Source: a bacterium
Lineage (GTDB): Archaea > Thermoplasmatota > E2 > JACPAO01 > JAHFTW01
Length of the DNA: 64,000 nt
Direction of reading: 5' to 3'
NCBI GenBank assembly: GCA_040390065.1
Contig: JAZJZE010000005.1
Coordinates: forward strand, 128,001 to 192,000
Numbering within the stretch: the stretch's first letter is position 1; each line of letters opens with the position of its first letter. Shown piece after piece: positions 37,505 through 46,961 of the stretch. The notes beneath the pieces are model-generated. The model searched no databases, had not been told where the DNA came from, and was given only the letters and a program-made list of their open reading frames with translations. Position numbers and translations under genes: made by a program.

Positions 37505-38713
37505 ATGCCGTGGACAGCCTCCATGGACATGATGAGCCTGGTCGAATCGGAGTTGGGCGGGCCGACGGTCTTCCGGGACTTGTCGAAGCTCGACTTCGAC
37601 TACGTGCCCCCCGACCTGCCTGGCCGCGAGGCGTCCCTCAAGTGGCTCTCCGGCGTCTACCGCCCGATGACGATGGGCGCCCAACGCGAGCACGCTTTCC
37701 TCTGGGGCCCCGTCGGCACCGGCAAGACGGCGCTCGCCAAGCGCTTCGGCTACGACTTCAAGGCCGCGTTGTCGAAGCAAGGCCGCACCCTCGAGGTCGT
37801 GCACGTCAACTGCCGCAAGCGCAAGACCGCCGGCCTTGCCATGCTCGGCGTCCTCAACCACTTCGACGCGAACTATCCGGAACGCGGCTTCTCCGTCGGC
37901 GAGATGCTGCGCGATCTCCGGAAGCACCTGGAGCGCAAGCAGGCGCACCTGCTCGTCATCCTCGACGAAGTGGACGCTCTTCTGCGCAGCGACGGCTCCA
38001 ACCTTGTCTACGACTTGACGCGCTTCAACGACGAGTCCGGCCCGTCCTGGACCGGCGTCAGCCTCATCCTCGTCAGCCAGGAGAACGTCCTTGGCGGCCT
38101 CGATCCCGCCGCACTCTCCACCTTCAAGGCCACGAACGTCCACCACATCGAACCGTACGGTGTGGCGGAACTCGAGAAGATCGTGCAGCAGCGCGTCCAG
38201 CTCGCCTTCCAGTCCGGCGCCGTCGCCGAAGAGGTCGTGACGCTGGTCGCGGACATCGCATCGCAGGAAGGCAACGCCAGACTTGCCATCGAGATCCTGC
38301 AGAAGGCCGGCCAGAACGCCGACGACGAGCAGCGCAAGGAGGTCCTGGCCGAGGACGTGCGCACCGCTAAGGCCGACTCGTTCTCCTACATCACGACGAG
38401 CAAACTCTCGGCCCTGCCCCGCCACCCGCTGCTGGTCCTGCTCGCCATCGCGCGTCGCCTCCGCAAGGACGGCGCCTACGCCACGACAGGCTCCGTCGAG
38501 AAGGCCTACGCCCTCGTCTGCGAGGAGTTCAGCGAGGAGCCGCGCGCCCACACGCAGTTCTGGAAGTACCTCAACCAACTCAAGGACGGCGGCTTCATCC
38601 TCAGCCGGTTGTCCGGAAAAGGCCAGGCGGGCACGACGCAGCTTCTCTCCATCCCGGACGCCCCGGCGCATGCCGTCGAGGCAAAACTCCTGGAGCTTCT
38701 GCAGAAGCCCTAA
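37505..38713 (+). CDS. cdc6: Orc1/Cdc6 replication initiator AAA+ ATPase
   Basis: LDFDYVPPDLPGRE, Walker A GPVGTGKT, VHVNC, Walker B VILDEVD, PY...ELEKI..QRV, GNARLAI, C-terminal winged helix HTQFWKYL..G.GTT. Start may be at 37523. Confidence 0.95.
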   Translation: MPWTASMDMMSLVESELGGPTVFRDLSKLDFDYVPPDLPGREASLKWLSGVYRPMTMGAQREHAFLWGPVGTGKTALAKRFGYDFKAALSKQGRTLEVVHVNCRKRKTAGLAMLGVLNHFDANYPERGFSVGEMLRDLRKHLERKQAHLLVILDEVDALLRSDGSNLVYDLTRFNDESGPSWTGVSLILVSQENVLGGLDPAALSTFKATNVHHIEPYGVAELEKIVQQRVQLAFQSGAVAEEVVTLVADIASQEGNARLAIEILQKAGQNADDEQRKEVLAEDVRTAKADSFSYITTSKLSALPRHPLLVLLAIARRLRKDGAYATTGSVEKAYALVCEEFSEEPRAHTQFWKYLNQLKDGGFILSRLSGKGQAGTTQLLSIPDAPAHAVEAKLLELLQKP

Positions 38714-38772
38714 AAACCGCTCCCTTCCAGGTGGGCCGTTCCTTTTACAAACCTTTTCAGGGGGTGCACGAC

Positions 38773-39471
38773 ATGGTAGGAGCAATGCAGGAGCCGCCCA
38801 AGGAACGCCTCCAGGAACGCGAGGCGATGCTTGCCGAACTCGAGTCGGGCGGTTACCTCAACGATCCACGGCTCGAGGAGGCGATGCTGGCCGTGCCGCG
38901 GCACCTGTTCGTCCCAAAGGAACTGCGCGAGGCCGCGTACGAGGACCGGCCGCTGCCAATCGGCTTCGGCCAGACGGTCTCGGCGCCGCACATGGTCGCC
39001 ATGATGACCACGGCGCTGCAACTCGAAGAGGGGCAGCGCGTGCTCGAGGTCGGAACGGGTGTCGGCTACCATGCGGCCATCGTCAAAGCCATCGTCGGCG
39101 ATGCCGGCTCCGTCGATTCCGTCGAGTTCCTCCCCGAACTTGTCGAACTTGCGCGAAAGAACCTGAAGACCGCACACATCGCCGTGGACGTCCACGAGGG
39201 CGACGGCGCGGAAGGGTGGCCGACCAAGGCCCCATACGACGCCGTCTACGTGACGTGCGCCATCCCGGACATCCCAGACGCCATCGTCGACCAGCTCAAG
39301 GAAGGCGGCCATTTCATCGCCCCGATCGGCGTGACGCGCTGCCAACTTCTCGCCGGTCGCAAGGTCGATGGCGAACTCGACCTCGAGGACCTCGGGCCTT
39401 GCCTGTTCGTCAACGCACAGGGCGCGCTCGGCCAGTCGGAAGGCGACGGCGATGCGCCGTCGGCGGAATGA
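38773..39471 (+). CDS. pcm: Protein-L-isoaspartate O-methyltransferase
   Basis: VPRHLFVP..AYEDRPLPIGFGQTVSAPHMVA, VLEVGTGVGYHAA, GDG.EGW...APYD. Confidence 0.93.
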   Translation: MVGAMQEPPKERLQEREAMLAELESGGYLNDPRLEEAMLAVPRHLFVPKELREAAYEDRPLPIGFGQTVSAPHMVAMMTTALQLEEGQRVLEVGTGVGYHAAIVKAIVGDAGSVDSVEFLPELVELARKNLKTAHIAVDVHEGDGAEGWPTKAPYDAVYVTCAIPDIPDAIVDQLKEGGHFIAPIGVTRCQLLAGRKVDGELDLEDLGPCLFVNAQGALGQSEGDGDAPSAE

Positions 39472-39532
39472 CGGAACCCCTTCACTGACCCCGGGCGAAC
39501 AACGTTAAGCCCATCGGGGGCCTCGGCGCCGC

Positions 39533-42500
39533 GTGGCTGCCCTGCTGAACCTGTCCAACAGCCACCTCTTCTGGCAGGGACGGGAGCCGGAACCCATCGA
39601 GCCCCTGCACCGCCCGTCGTTCCTTGCATTTCCGCAGGACCCTCGCGAGCCCATCCACAAGGCCCACGCGCGGCTTGCCGGCCTCATCGCCGGAGCGCAG
39701 GGGCAAAGCAGCGAGGAGAACGCCCTTGCCAAGGCCCTGGAGGTCCGCGAGCCGGTGCGCTACAAGTCGTTCTGGAACCACGGCCAATCCCGCGAGGTCA
39801 TCCCCGTCGTCGCCAAGCGTAGCTACTGGGTCCCCGACATCTCCGACGAGCTGTTCTTCCGCCACGGCTTCTACACGATGGAGCACGACATCCCGTACAC
39901 GGAGCGCGCCGCCGCAGACCTGTCCGCGGAGAAGGGATGGTGGCTTCTCGACACGCAGGGCCATCCGAACAAGCTGAACGTCCTGACCTACGACATCGAG
40001 ACGACGCAGTACGGCAAGGGGCCGGCCATGACGGACCCGATGCAAGGCGAAGCGTCGGCCGTCACAGCGCCGGGCGGACGCACGCGGGGGGCGGCCGGGT
40101 CGGCCCCCTCGCTGCCCATCGACATCATCGGATACGCTGAATTCGACGTCGAGTATTCGGCGCAGAAAGACCTCGACACGGAGCAGTTCGACTTCCAGTT
40201 CCGCCACATCCCCGGCGACTGGGCGAAGCGGGAGGTGCACCAACTCGTCGCCCGCAACGTCGACGAGGAGATGGACAACCTGATGCAGTTCACGCAGCAT
40301 GCGGTCTCCAAGGACGTCATCGCAGGCCACAACATCCTGGGCTTCGACAACAAGCAGGTGCACGACCGGATCCTCGACCTGCTGGCCCGCGACCAGCGGC
40401 GCCAGACGATGTCGCCGCGCATGCGCGAGTGGTTCCAGCGCTACACGTCGGTGTTCTCGCGGCCCGACAAGTCGTTCCACTGGGGCGAACGCCAGGATAC
40501 GGCGGTGCTCCATCCCATCAGCCTGGACACGTTCCACGCGGCGCGCAAGTTCTACTTCTTCCACGACGACTTCACCCTCAAGGGTCTGGCGCCGTGGCTG
40601 GGCATCGACGTGCCCGACCGCGTCTACCTCGACCCGCATGAGATGGGCCTCGACCCCAAGACGCTCCTCTACAACAAACACGACATCCAGGAGCAGGTCG
40701 GCATCACGCAGATGCTCATCGCACAAGCCCTTCCGCTCTGCTTCACCGTCAACCTGCCGTTGGATGACCTGCTGACGGGTGGCAACACGAAGATGTGGGA
40801 CCACATGGCGTTCCTGCGGGCGCGACGCAACCGGAAGATGATGCCGGCCACGGCGCGGGCGCAAGGCATCGCGCGCAGCATCCAACGGTTCGTGTCGAAG
40901 CCGTTCCCGACGCGCGACGAGATTGCCGCCGCCGTGCGGGATTGGCCGCCGGAGGAACGCGCCGCCGCGGCGAACAAGGAATTCATCCGCGTCGCCAAGC
41001 AAGGCCCCGAGATGCCGTTCTGGTGCGAGCACCCGTCCGTCATCGTCAAAGCCGACGCGAGTGCAAGCGGCGACCCCGACGACCCAAACGGTTACGCCAT
41101 CCCCGGCGGCATGACACTGAAGCCGGATTCCGAACTGAAATCGCACTTCGTCCCGTGGTACCACGTCGTGGCCGCCGACGTCGGGGCGATGTACCCGACC
41201 ATCCTGAAAGCGCGCAATCTCACGGCGGACACGGTCGTGCCAGCCCGGAAGGGCGAGACGCCGGACGACTGGATCTGGCTGTTCGAGCTCGACGCCGACT
41301 TCATCGCGTCCGACAAGTACGTCGTCAAGAAGGCCGACCCGGCCGACACGCTCACGAAAGGCAAGGGTTGGCTCATCGGTGTCAAGCACAACCCGGAGCC
41401 CGGCATGGTGAACCTCGCCATGACGGGCATCCTGTCGACCATCCAGAAGGTGAAGACGAATCGTGCCCGGGCCAAGAAGGACAACCGCGGCAAGGACGAG
41501 ATCCGCATCCTCGACATGACGTACGCGAGCCTCAAGGCCGCACGCAATGCCGGCACGCACGGCATCCTCGTTGCCGTGAACGTCTCCTGCCGCCAGTTCA
41601 ACGTCTGGGGCGGCGCCAACATCACGACCATCGGCCAGCGCATCCTGCAGGAGTCGCTCGACGACTTCCAGGCCAAAGGGATGCGGGTCGTCTACGGCGA
41701 TACGGACGGCATCTACATCGGCTGCAGCAAGTCCGCCGGCAACTTGCCGCATTTCGCCGCCGCACTGGATGCCGACGTCGAGCCCGAGACGGACAAATGG
41801 ATCACCATGCCAGCGGACGCCTTGACCGCCATCGCGGCAGCGAACCGCAAGTGGCGCGACGCCCTCAACTACGAGGGCTTCGAGTTGGAAGCCGAAACGC
41901 ACGACGCCATGGTGTTCGTCGTGCACAAGAACTACCTCATCTTCGACACGGACCCCAAGGGTGGCGTGCGCCTCGAGACGAAAGGCAACAACTTCAAGGC
42001 GAGCGACAAGGCGCCGCTGACGCAACAGGTCCTGCGCGACATCATGGCCAAGGCCCTCAAGGACGTCGCGTCGTGGACGAAGGAGGAGGATGCCCGCGAG
42101 GCGATGAAGGTGGCAATCAAGAAGGCCACGAAGGAGGTCATGGCGTCGGTGCAGGTCGCGAAGACCGACTGGGCCGACTTGATCCTGCGGCAATCCGTCT
42201 CGCCCATCAAGTCCTACGAACCCAACCCGGACGGGACCCTGCGCAGTCAAGCGGTACGCACCGCGGCCCTCGAGGACCTTCTCGGCGAGGCCATCACGGC
42301 GACGCGCAAGTTCAAGTTCATCGTCTGCCGCGACCCGCTGCCGCTCTACAAGGAGAAGGAGCGCCAGGAGCGCAAGGTGCACGAACTCAAGCGCAGCGGC
42401 CACCAGCTCATCGTCAAGGAGCCGAAGAACCGCGGCCTCAAGCCTATCGAGTACATGTGGCCCGTGGAGAAGGTCACGCCGGGGCAGGTCGATTGGGCCT

Positions 42501-42595
42501 GGTACAAGTCGATGGTCGAGGACTACGTCAAGGGGGCCTTCGGCTTCGATTCCCTTGAGTTGGCGACACAGCGGGACCTGTCGAGCTGGTTCTAG
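39533..42595 (+). CDS. polB: Family B DNA polymerase (divergent), with 3'-5' exonuclease domain
   Basis: ExoI YDIETT, ExoII GHNILGFD, ExoIII YNKHD; polymerase motif A DVGAMYP, motif B KAARNAGTHG, motif C YGDTDG; KKNY-like HKNY; C-terminal PIP-box-like QRDLSSWF. Confidence 0.88.
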   Translation: MAALLNLSNSHLFWQGREPEPIEPLHRPSFLAFPQDPREPIHKAHARLAGLIAGAQGQSSEENALAKALEVREPVRYKSFWNHGQSREVIPVVAKRSYWVPDISDELFFRHGFYTMEHDIPYTERAAADLSAEKGWWLLDTQGHPNKLNVLTYDIETTQYGKGPAMTDPMQGEASAVTAPGGRTRGAAGSAPSLPIDIIGYAEFDVEYSAQKDLDTEQFDFQFRHIPGDWAKREVHQLVARNVDEEMDNLMQFTQHAVSKDVIAGHNILGFDNKQVHDRILDLLARDQRRQTMSPRMREWFQRYTSVFSRPDKSFHWGERQDTAVLHPISLDTFHAARKFYFFHDDFTLKGLAPWLGIDVPDRVYLDPHEMGLDPKTLLYNKHDIQEQVGITQMLIAQALPLCFTVNLPLDDLLTGGNTKMWDHMAFLRARRNRKMMPATARAQGIARSIQRFVSKPFPTRDEIAAAVRDWPPEERAAAANKEFIRVAKQGPEMPFWCEHPSVIVKADASASGDPDDPNGYAIPGGMTLKPDSELKSHFVPWYHVVAADVGAMYPTILKARNLTADTVVPARKGETPDDWIWLFELDADFIASDKYVVKKADPADTLTKGKGWLIGVKHNPEPGMVNLAMTGILSTIQKVKTNRARAKKDNRGKDEIRILDMTYASLKAARNAGTHGILVAVNVSCRQFNVWGGANITTIGQRILQESLDDFQAKGMRVVYGDTDGIYIGCSKSAGNLPHFAAALDADVEPETDKWITMPADALTAIAAANRKWRDALNYEGFELEAETHDAMVFVVHKNYLIFDTDPKGGVRLETKGNNFKASDKAPLTQQVLRDIMAKALKDVASWTKEEDAREAMKVAIKKATKEVMASVQVAKTDWADLILRQSVSPIKSYEPNPDGTLRSQAVRTAALEDLLGEAITATRKFKFIVCRDPLPLYKEKERQERKVHELKRSGHQLIVKEPKNRGLKPIEYMWPVEKVTPGQVDWAWYKSMVEDYVKGAFGFDSLELATQRDLSSWF

Positions 42596-42711
42596 CCCTG
42601 TGGGCCCGTCCGCATCCGACGGTCGCCCGCCGTTCGGCAATTCGCCTCCGTCCCGCCATTCTTATCGCCGAGCAGGCATGCCGTGGCGGTCCCTCCGACC
42701 ACGTGAACCCC

Positions 42712-43134
42712 ATGCGCCTTACCCTGCTTGCCGCCGCCGTCCTTGCCCTCGCCGCCGTCCCGACGCTGCCCGCCTCGTCCGCCGGCCTGCCTGACCATGT
42801 CTGCATCCCGCCTGGCACGCTCAACCAGGCATGCGTCGGCGACTACGGCAACGGCGACCTGTGCGCCTGGCCCAACGGACCTTCCAGCTTCGGACCCGTT
42901 TGCGTCGGCATCCAGACGACGCCGCTCCTTCCGGTCTGCTTCCCGCCTGCCTCGGACAACCACTCCTGCATCGGCCTGCGCAACGACGGCGCCGCTTGCG
43001 TCTGGATCTATGGCGGCCCGTTGTACCACTACGCGTGCGTCACGCCGACCGGCAAGATCGAATCGTGCTCCACGAACCTTTACTCGGCCATCTACGGCCC
43101 CGGCTGGCACTGCCTCGGCGAGCCGTTACCGTAG
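42712..43134 (+). CDS. Small secreted protein with 10 regularly spaced cysteines
   Basis: MRLTLLAAAVLALAAVPTLPASSA signal peptide; a Cys about every 10-15 residues. Confidence 0.7.
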   Translation: MRLTLLAAAVLALAAVPTLPASSAGLPDHVCIPPGTLNQACVGDYGNGDLCAWPNGPSSFGPVCVGIQTTPLLPVCFPPASDNHSCIGLRNDGAACVWIYGGPLYHYACVTPTGKIESCSTNLYSAIYGPGWHCLGEPLP

Positions 43135-43192
43135 AAAGGACGCGGTCTGCGCATTGCGGAAGACTCAATGCCACCAAGTCGGTGGCTTGCGC

Positions 43193-43513
43193 ATGACGCG
43201 CTGGCCGTCCAAACTCCTGACCATCATCGGATTCGTTCTCATGGCCGCCGGCCTGTACGAGGCCGGCATCGCCAAGGACGCGACGTTCCTGCTGGCCATA
43301 TTCCTGCCCGGCACCCTCATGGTCACGGCCGGCCTCCTCGCCCTCCAGTTTGCATCGTCGGGATGGGGCTGCGGCTACTACTGCGATGACGACGAGGGAT
43401 GCGGCTGCGGCCACTGCGACGGCTGCAAGGGCGGCGAATGCTGCGGCCACTGCGGCTGCGACAACGAAGTCGCCCACGAGCACGGCGAAGGCCACGAAGG
43501 CCATTCGCACTGA
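43193..43513 (+). CDS. Two-TM membrane protein with metallothionein-like Cys/His-rich tail
   Basis: Two hydrophobic helices, then CGYYCDDDEGCGCGHCDGCKGGECCGHCGCDNEVAHEHGEGHEGHSH. ATG at 43193 is in frame with ORF 42728..43513. Confidence 0.75.
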   Translation: MTRWPSKLLTIIGFVLMAAGLYEAGIAKDATFLLAIFLPGTLMVTAGLLALQFASSGWGCGYYCDDDEGCGCGHCDGCKGGECCGHCGCDNEVAHEHGEGHEGHSH

Positions 43514-43516
43514 GCC

Positions 43517-44335
43517 CTATCGGCCGGTGACGCTGGACTTGTAGATGCGGTAGTTGAGCAACCCGAAGAGGACTGCGGCGATGGCGGCAGCACCCATCAC
43601 GACGCCAATTTTGTCCCACGGATAGTTCTCGACCATGGCGCCGTGCCCGTTGTTGACGCCGATCATGAGTTGCCGCAAGACCTGCACCAAGTAGTCGACG
43701 GGGTTGAAGTCGATGATGTGCTGCAGCGTCTTGTTCGTGATGGCTTCCTTGGCGTTGAAGGCCGTGCTCAGGAACATGGCCACGAAGAACAACGGGAACG
43801 CCGACTGCGTCGCCTGGTCGGACTTGGTCTTCATGGCAAGCGCCATGACGCCCATCCCTGCAACGCATGCGGAGAAGACCGTCGCGATGAGGATCATGAA
43901 GATGGCGCCCAGGAAGCCGGACTTGACAGAGGCGCCGATGCTGATGGCGATCAGCAGCACGAGCGTTCCTTGCAAGGCCACGCGAGTCATCTCGGCGAAC
44001 ATGCGGGCGACGAAGACCTGCCAGGGGCGGGCCGGCGTCGTGCGCAGCTTGTCGAAGTAGCCCGTGCGCAGATCCACGATAAGGGCTGCACTCGAGTTCG
44101 CCATGCCCACGAAGATCGTGAACAAGAGCACGGCGGGGACGATGTACGATTGGTAGTCGACGCCGGGATAGCCCGTCTTGTATGCCGGAAGTTCCGTCAC
44201 GCCAGAAAACAGGTTCCCGAACAGGAGGAGTTGGATGACGGGCATCACGATGCCGAAGACCAGGACAATCGGGATGCGCGGGAACTGCCGCATGTTGCGC
44301 ATGTACATGAGCCCGAAGTTTCGCAGCTCGCCCAT
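43517..44335 (-). CDS. ABC-2 type transporter permease (DrrB-like)
   Basis: Multi-TM; YQSYIVPAVL, DLRTGYFDKLRTTP, FLSTAF, NPVDY. Confidence 0.9.
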   Translation of the reverse strand: MGELRNFGLMYMRNMRQFPRIPIVLVFGIVMPVIQLLLFGNLFSGVTELPAYKTGYPGVDYQSYIVPAVLLFTIFVGMANSSAALIVDLRTGYFDKLRTTPARPWQVFVARMFAEMTRVALQGTLVLLIAISIGASVKSGFLGAIFMILIATVFSACVAGMGVMALAMKTKSDQATQSAFPLFFVAMFLSTAFNAKEAITNKTLQHIIDFNPVDYLVQVLRQLMIGVNNGHGAMVENYPWDKIGVVMGAAAIAAVLFGLLNYRIYKSSVTGR

Positions 44336-45361
44336 CTAGGCACCGCCGCGCGCCTTGCCGTCGGGTTTGCCACGAGGTCCGGGGCCCTTCGCGCCGGGGG
44401 CCGCCTCGGCGTCTTCGACGTCCAGCCGCGTGCCGGTGTAGTGCAGGTACGCGTCCTGGAGCGTCGGCGACAGGACCTTCGTCTCGCGCACCTGGATGCC
44501 GGCGTCGCCGATGATGCGCAGGGCCGGCAGGAGCGCGCGGCCGCCGTCGGTCACGCGCAGGTTGATGGCGCCGTCGACGCGGTGGGCGTTGGCGGGGCCG
44601 AAGGCGCGCTGGACCGTCGCCCACTGCGCCGGTGTTGGCTCGCTCGAAAGGACCACCTTGAGCGTGTCGGAGCCGACCGACCGCTTCAGGCGTTCCGGCG
44701 TGTCGATCGCGGCGATCACGCCCTTCGAGATGATGGCGATGCGGTCGCACAGCACGTCGGCTTCCTCCATGTAGTGCGTCGACATGAGGACGGTGATGCC
44801 GTGGTCCTTGCGAAGGCGGCGAAGAACGGCCCAAAGTTGCGCGCGGCTCTTGGGGTCCAGACCGGTGCTGGGCTCATCGAGGAACAGCACGTCTGGCGTG
44901 TGCACGAGGGAGACGGCAAGGTCGAGGCGGCGCTGCATGCCACCGGAGAAACGCACGACGCGGCGGTTGGCGTGTTCCACGAGGTCGAAGGTCTTGAGGA
45001 GTTCGTCTGCTCGGGCTTTGGCTTCCCGGGAGCCCATGCCGTAGAGCTTGGCGTGCAGGATGAGCATCTCGCGGCCGGTGGCAAGGTCGTCCATGCCGAC
45101 CTCCTGCATGGCGAAGCCTATCTTGCTCTTGATCTGCTTGGCCTGCTTGGCCACGTCGAAGCCCAGGACAGACGCGGAGCCGCCGGAGCCGTCCAGCAGC
45201 GTACCCAGGATGCGCATCGAGGTCGTCTTGCCGGCACCGTTCGGACCTAGAAAGCCGAAGATCTCGCCCTTGCGGACTTGGAACGAGATGCCCTTCACGG
45301 CGGCGGTGCCGTCGGGATACGTCTTCGTGAGGTTGCGCACGTCGATGACCGCGTTGTCCAC
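44336..45361 (-). CDS. ABC transporter ATP-binding subunit (DrrA-like)
   Basis: GPNGAGKTT, FSGGMQRRLDLA, LFLDEPSTGLDP, STHYMEEAD. Confidence 0.95.
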   Translation of the reverse strand: MDNAVIDVRNLTKTYPDGTAAVKGISFQVRKGEIFGFLGPNGAGKTTSMRILGTLLDGSGGSASVLGFDVAKQAKQIKSKIGFAMQEVGMDDLATGREMLILHAKLYGMGSREAKARADELLKTFDLVEHANRRVVRFSGGMQRRLDLAVSLVHTPDVLFLDEPSTGLDPKSRAQLWAVLRRLRKDHGITVLMSTHYMEEADVLCDRIAIISKGVIAAIDTPERLKRSVGSDTLKVVLSSEPTPAQWATVQRAFGPANAHRVDGAINLRVTDGGRALLPALRIIGDAGIQVRETKVLSPTLQDAYLHYTGTRLDVEDAEAAPGAKGPGPRGKPDGKARGGA

Positions 45362-45468
45362 GCCGGCGCGAAGCGGGAGACCCGTTTAGGCTTGATGACG
45401 TGGGGGCCGCATGTCAACCCGTCATAGGACGGGCCAATTCCTATCCCTTTTCGCTGCACTGGCCTGCT

Positions 45469-46833
45469 GTGGGCTTCGACCTGCGTCGCATCCGCGCCGA
45501 CTTCCCCATCCTGCAGCGCCGCATCGCGACGGCCGATGGCAAACGCATGCCTTTGGTCTACATGGACCACGGCTCCAGCACGCACGCGCCCACACCCGTG
45601 CTGCAGGCCGTCCAGAAACTTTGCAGCGAGAGCTACGCCAACGTGCACCGCGGCAACCACACGCTATCGCAGGAATCAAGCCAACTCTTCGAGGACGCCG
45701 TGGAGACATTGGGCCGCTTCGTCGGCGCCAACCCCGAGACCCAGCCCGTCGTGCTCGGCTCGAACACGACCAGTTCCCTCGACCTCGCGGCGCATCTCGT
45801 CGACCACAAACGCGGCCGCACGCTCACCACCCTGTCGGAACATCATTCGAACGACCTCCCGCACCGCCGCCGCGGGGACGTACTGCACGCGGAGGTCGAC
45901 GAAGACGGCCACATCCTCCTCGACGACGTCGAAGCCAAGCTGCACAAGCGCTTCGCGCGAAAACCGGTCAAGCTCCTGGCCGTGACGGGCGCCAGCAACG
46001 TGACGGGCATCATGCCGCCTGTGCACAAGCTCGCCCGCCTCGCGCACGACCACGGCGCCCGCATCCTTGTCGACGCGGCACAACTCTACGCTCACGCGCC
46101 CATCGACGTCAAGTCCGCAGACCATCCCGAACACATCGACTTCCTCGCCGCCGCAGGCCACAAGTCCTACGCCCCGTTCGGCGCGTCCTTCCTCGTGGCC
46201 CCGCGCGACGTGCTCGACGCCGCGCCGCCGTACATGCCGGGTGGCGGCACCGTGCAGTGGGTGACGCAGGACAGCGTGCTCTTCTCCAAGGGGCCGGACC
46301 GCCATCAAGGCGGCACGCCCAACATCGTCGGCACGGTCGCATTTGCTGCAGCGACGCGATATCTTGCCGCGGCGGGGATGGAGAACGTGCGCGACCACGA
46401 AGAGAAGCTCGTCTACCAAGCGCTCCGCCGCTTCGCCGAACTCGAGGAGACCCACGGCGTGCACCTCCTCGGCCCACGCGACTCCGGCGCGGCAGGCGAG
46501 AAAGTCGGCGTCTTTGCCTTCCTCATCCCCGGCCGGACGCACGGCGAATCGTCGCGCCTCCTCGACCGCCAGTACGGCATCGCCACCCGGAACGGCTGCT
46601 TCTGCGCCCACCCCCTCCTGCACCGCCTCCTGAAACTCGGTGACACGCCGCAGTGGACGGACAAGATCACGCGCGGCGAACCCGTGGAACTCCCAGGCGC
46701 CACACGGGCGACGTTCGGCATCTACAACACGGAAGCCGAGGTGGACTTTCTCGCCAAGGCAGTCGCGGCAATCGCGCACGGCGACATGGCGCACTCGGCG
46801 CCCCACGCGGCCATGGTGGCAGAGGTTTCGTAG
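45469..46833 (+). CDS. Class V PLP aminotransferase, SufS/cysteine desulfurase-like
   Basis: IRADFPIL, YMDHGSST, ANVHRG, EHHSN, ASNVTG, VDAAQ, GHK, GGG, GGTPN, catalytic RNGCFCAHP, RATFGIYNT. Confidence 0.9.
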   Translation: MGFDLRRIRADFPILQRRIATADGKRMPLVYMDHGSSTHAPTPVLQAVQKLCSESYANVHRGNHTLSQESSQLFEDAVETLGRFVGANPETQPVVLGSNTTSSLDLAAHLVDHKRGRTLTTLSEHHSNDLPHRRRGDVLHAEVDEDGHILLDDVEAKLHKRFARKPVKLLAVTGASNVTGIMPPVHKLARLAHDHGARILVDAAQLYAHAPIDVKSADHPEHIDFLAAAGHKSYAPFGASFLVAPRDVLDAAPPYMPGGGTVQWVTQDSVLFSKGPDRHQGGTPNIVGTVAFAAATRYLAAAGMENVRDHEEKLVYQALRRFAELEETHGVHLLGPRDSGAAGEKVGVFAFLIPGRTHGESSRLLDRQYGIATRNGCFCAHPLLHRLLKLGDTPQWTDKITRGEPVELPGATRATFGIYNTEAEVDFLAKAVAAIAHGDMAHSAPHAAMVAEVS

Positions 46834-46839
46834 GAGATT

Positions 46840-46961
46840 GCGCGGCAAAACCGCGCATCGCCGCGCGTAAAGAACAGGCTTCGCCCAACACCCAAAGGCT
46901 CGCGCGGCAAAGCCACGCATCGCCGCGCGTAAAGAACGGGCTTCGCCTTCGTTCTTTACGC
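46840..46961. repeat. Two 46-bp direct repeats (43/46 identical) plus a 12-bp-stem hairpin between convergent genes; REP-like or terminator-like
   Basis: Copies at 46840-46885 and 46902-46947, each with an internal GCGCGGC..GCCGCGC inverted repeat and GGCTTCGCC; GCGTAAAGAACG (46927) pairs with CGTTCTTTACGC (46950-46961). Confidence 0.8.

Noticed and set aside
37352-38772. Replication origin next to cdc6
   Set aside because: No clear repeated ORB boxes with G-strings and no extended AT-rich unwinding element in the short flanking intergenic regions.
28601-42640. Very long ORFs 28601..31852 (+) and 39482..42640 (-)
   Set aside because: They lie antisense to well-supported genes (beta-propeller/pYEATS and polB) and have no recognisable domains.
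46840-46947. Possible CRISPR array
   Set aside because: Only two 46-bp copies with a 16-nt gap, and no cas genes in the window.
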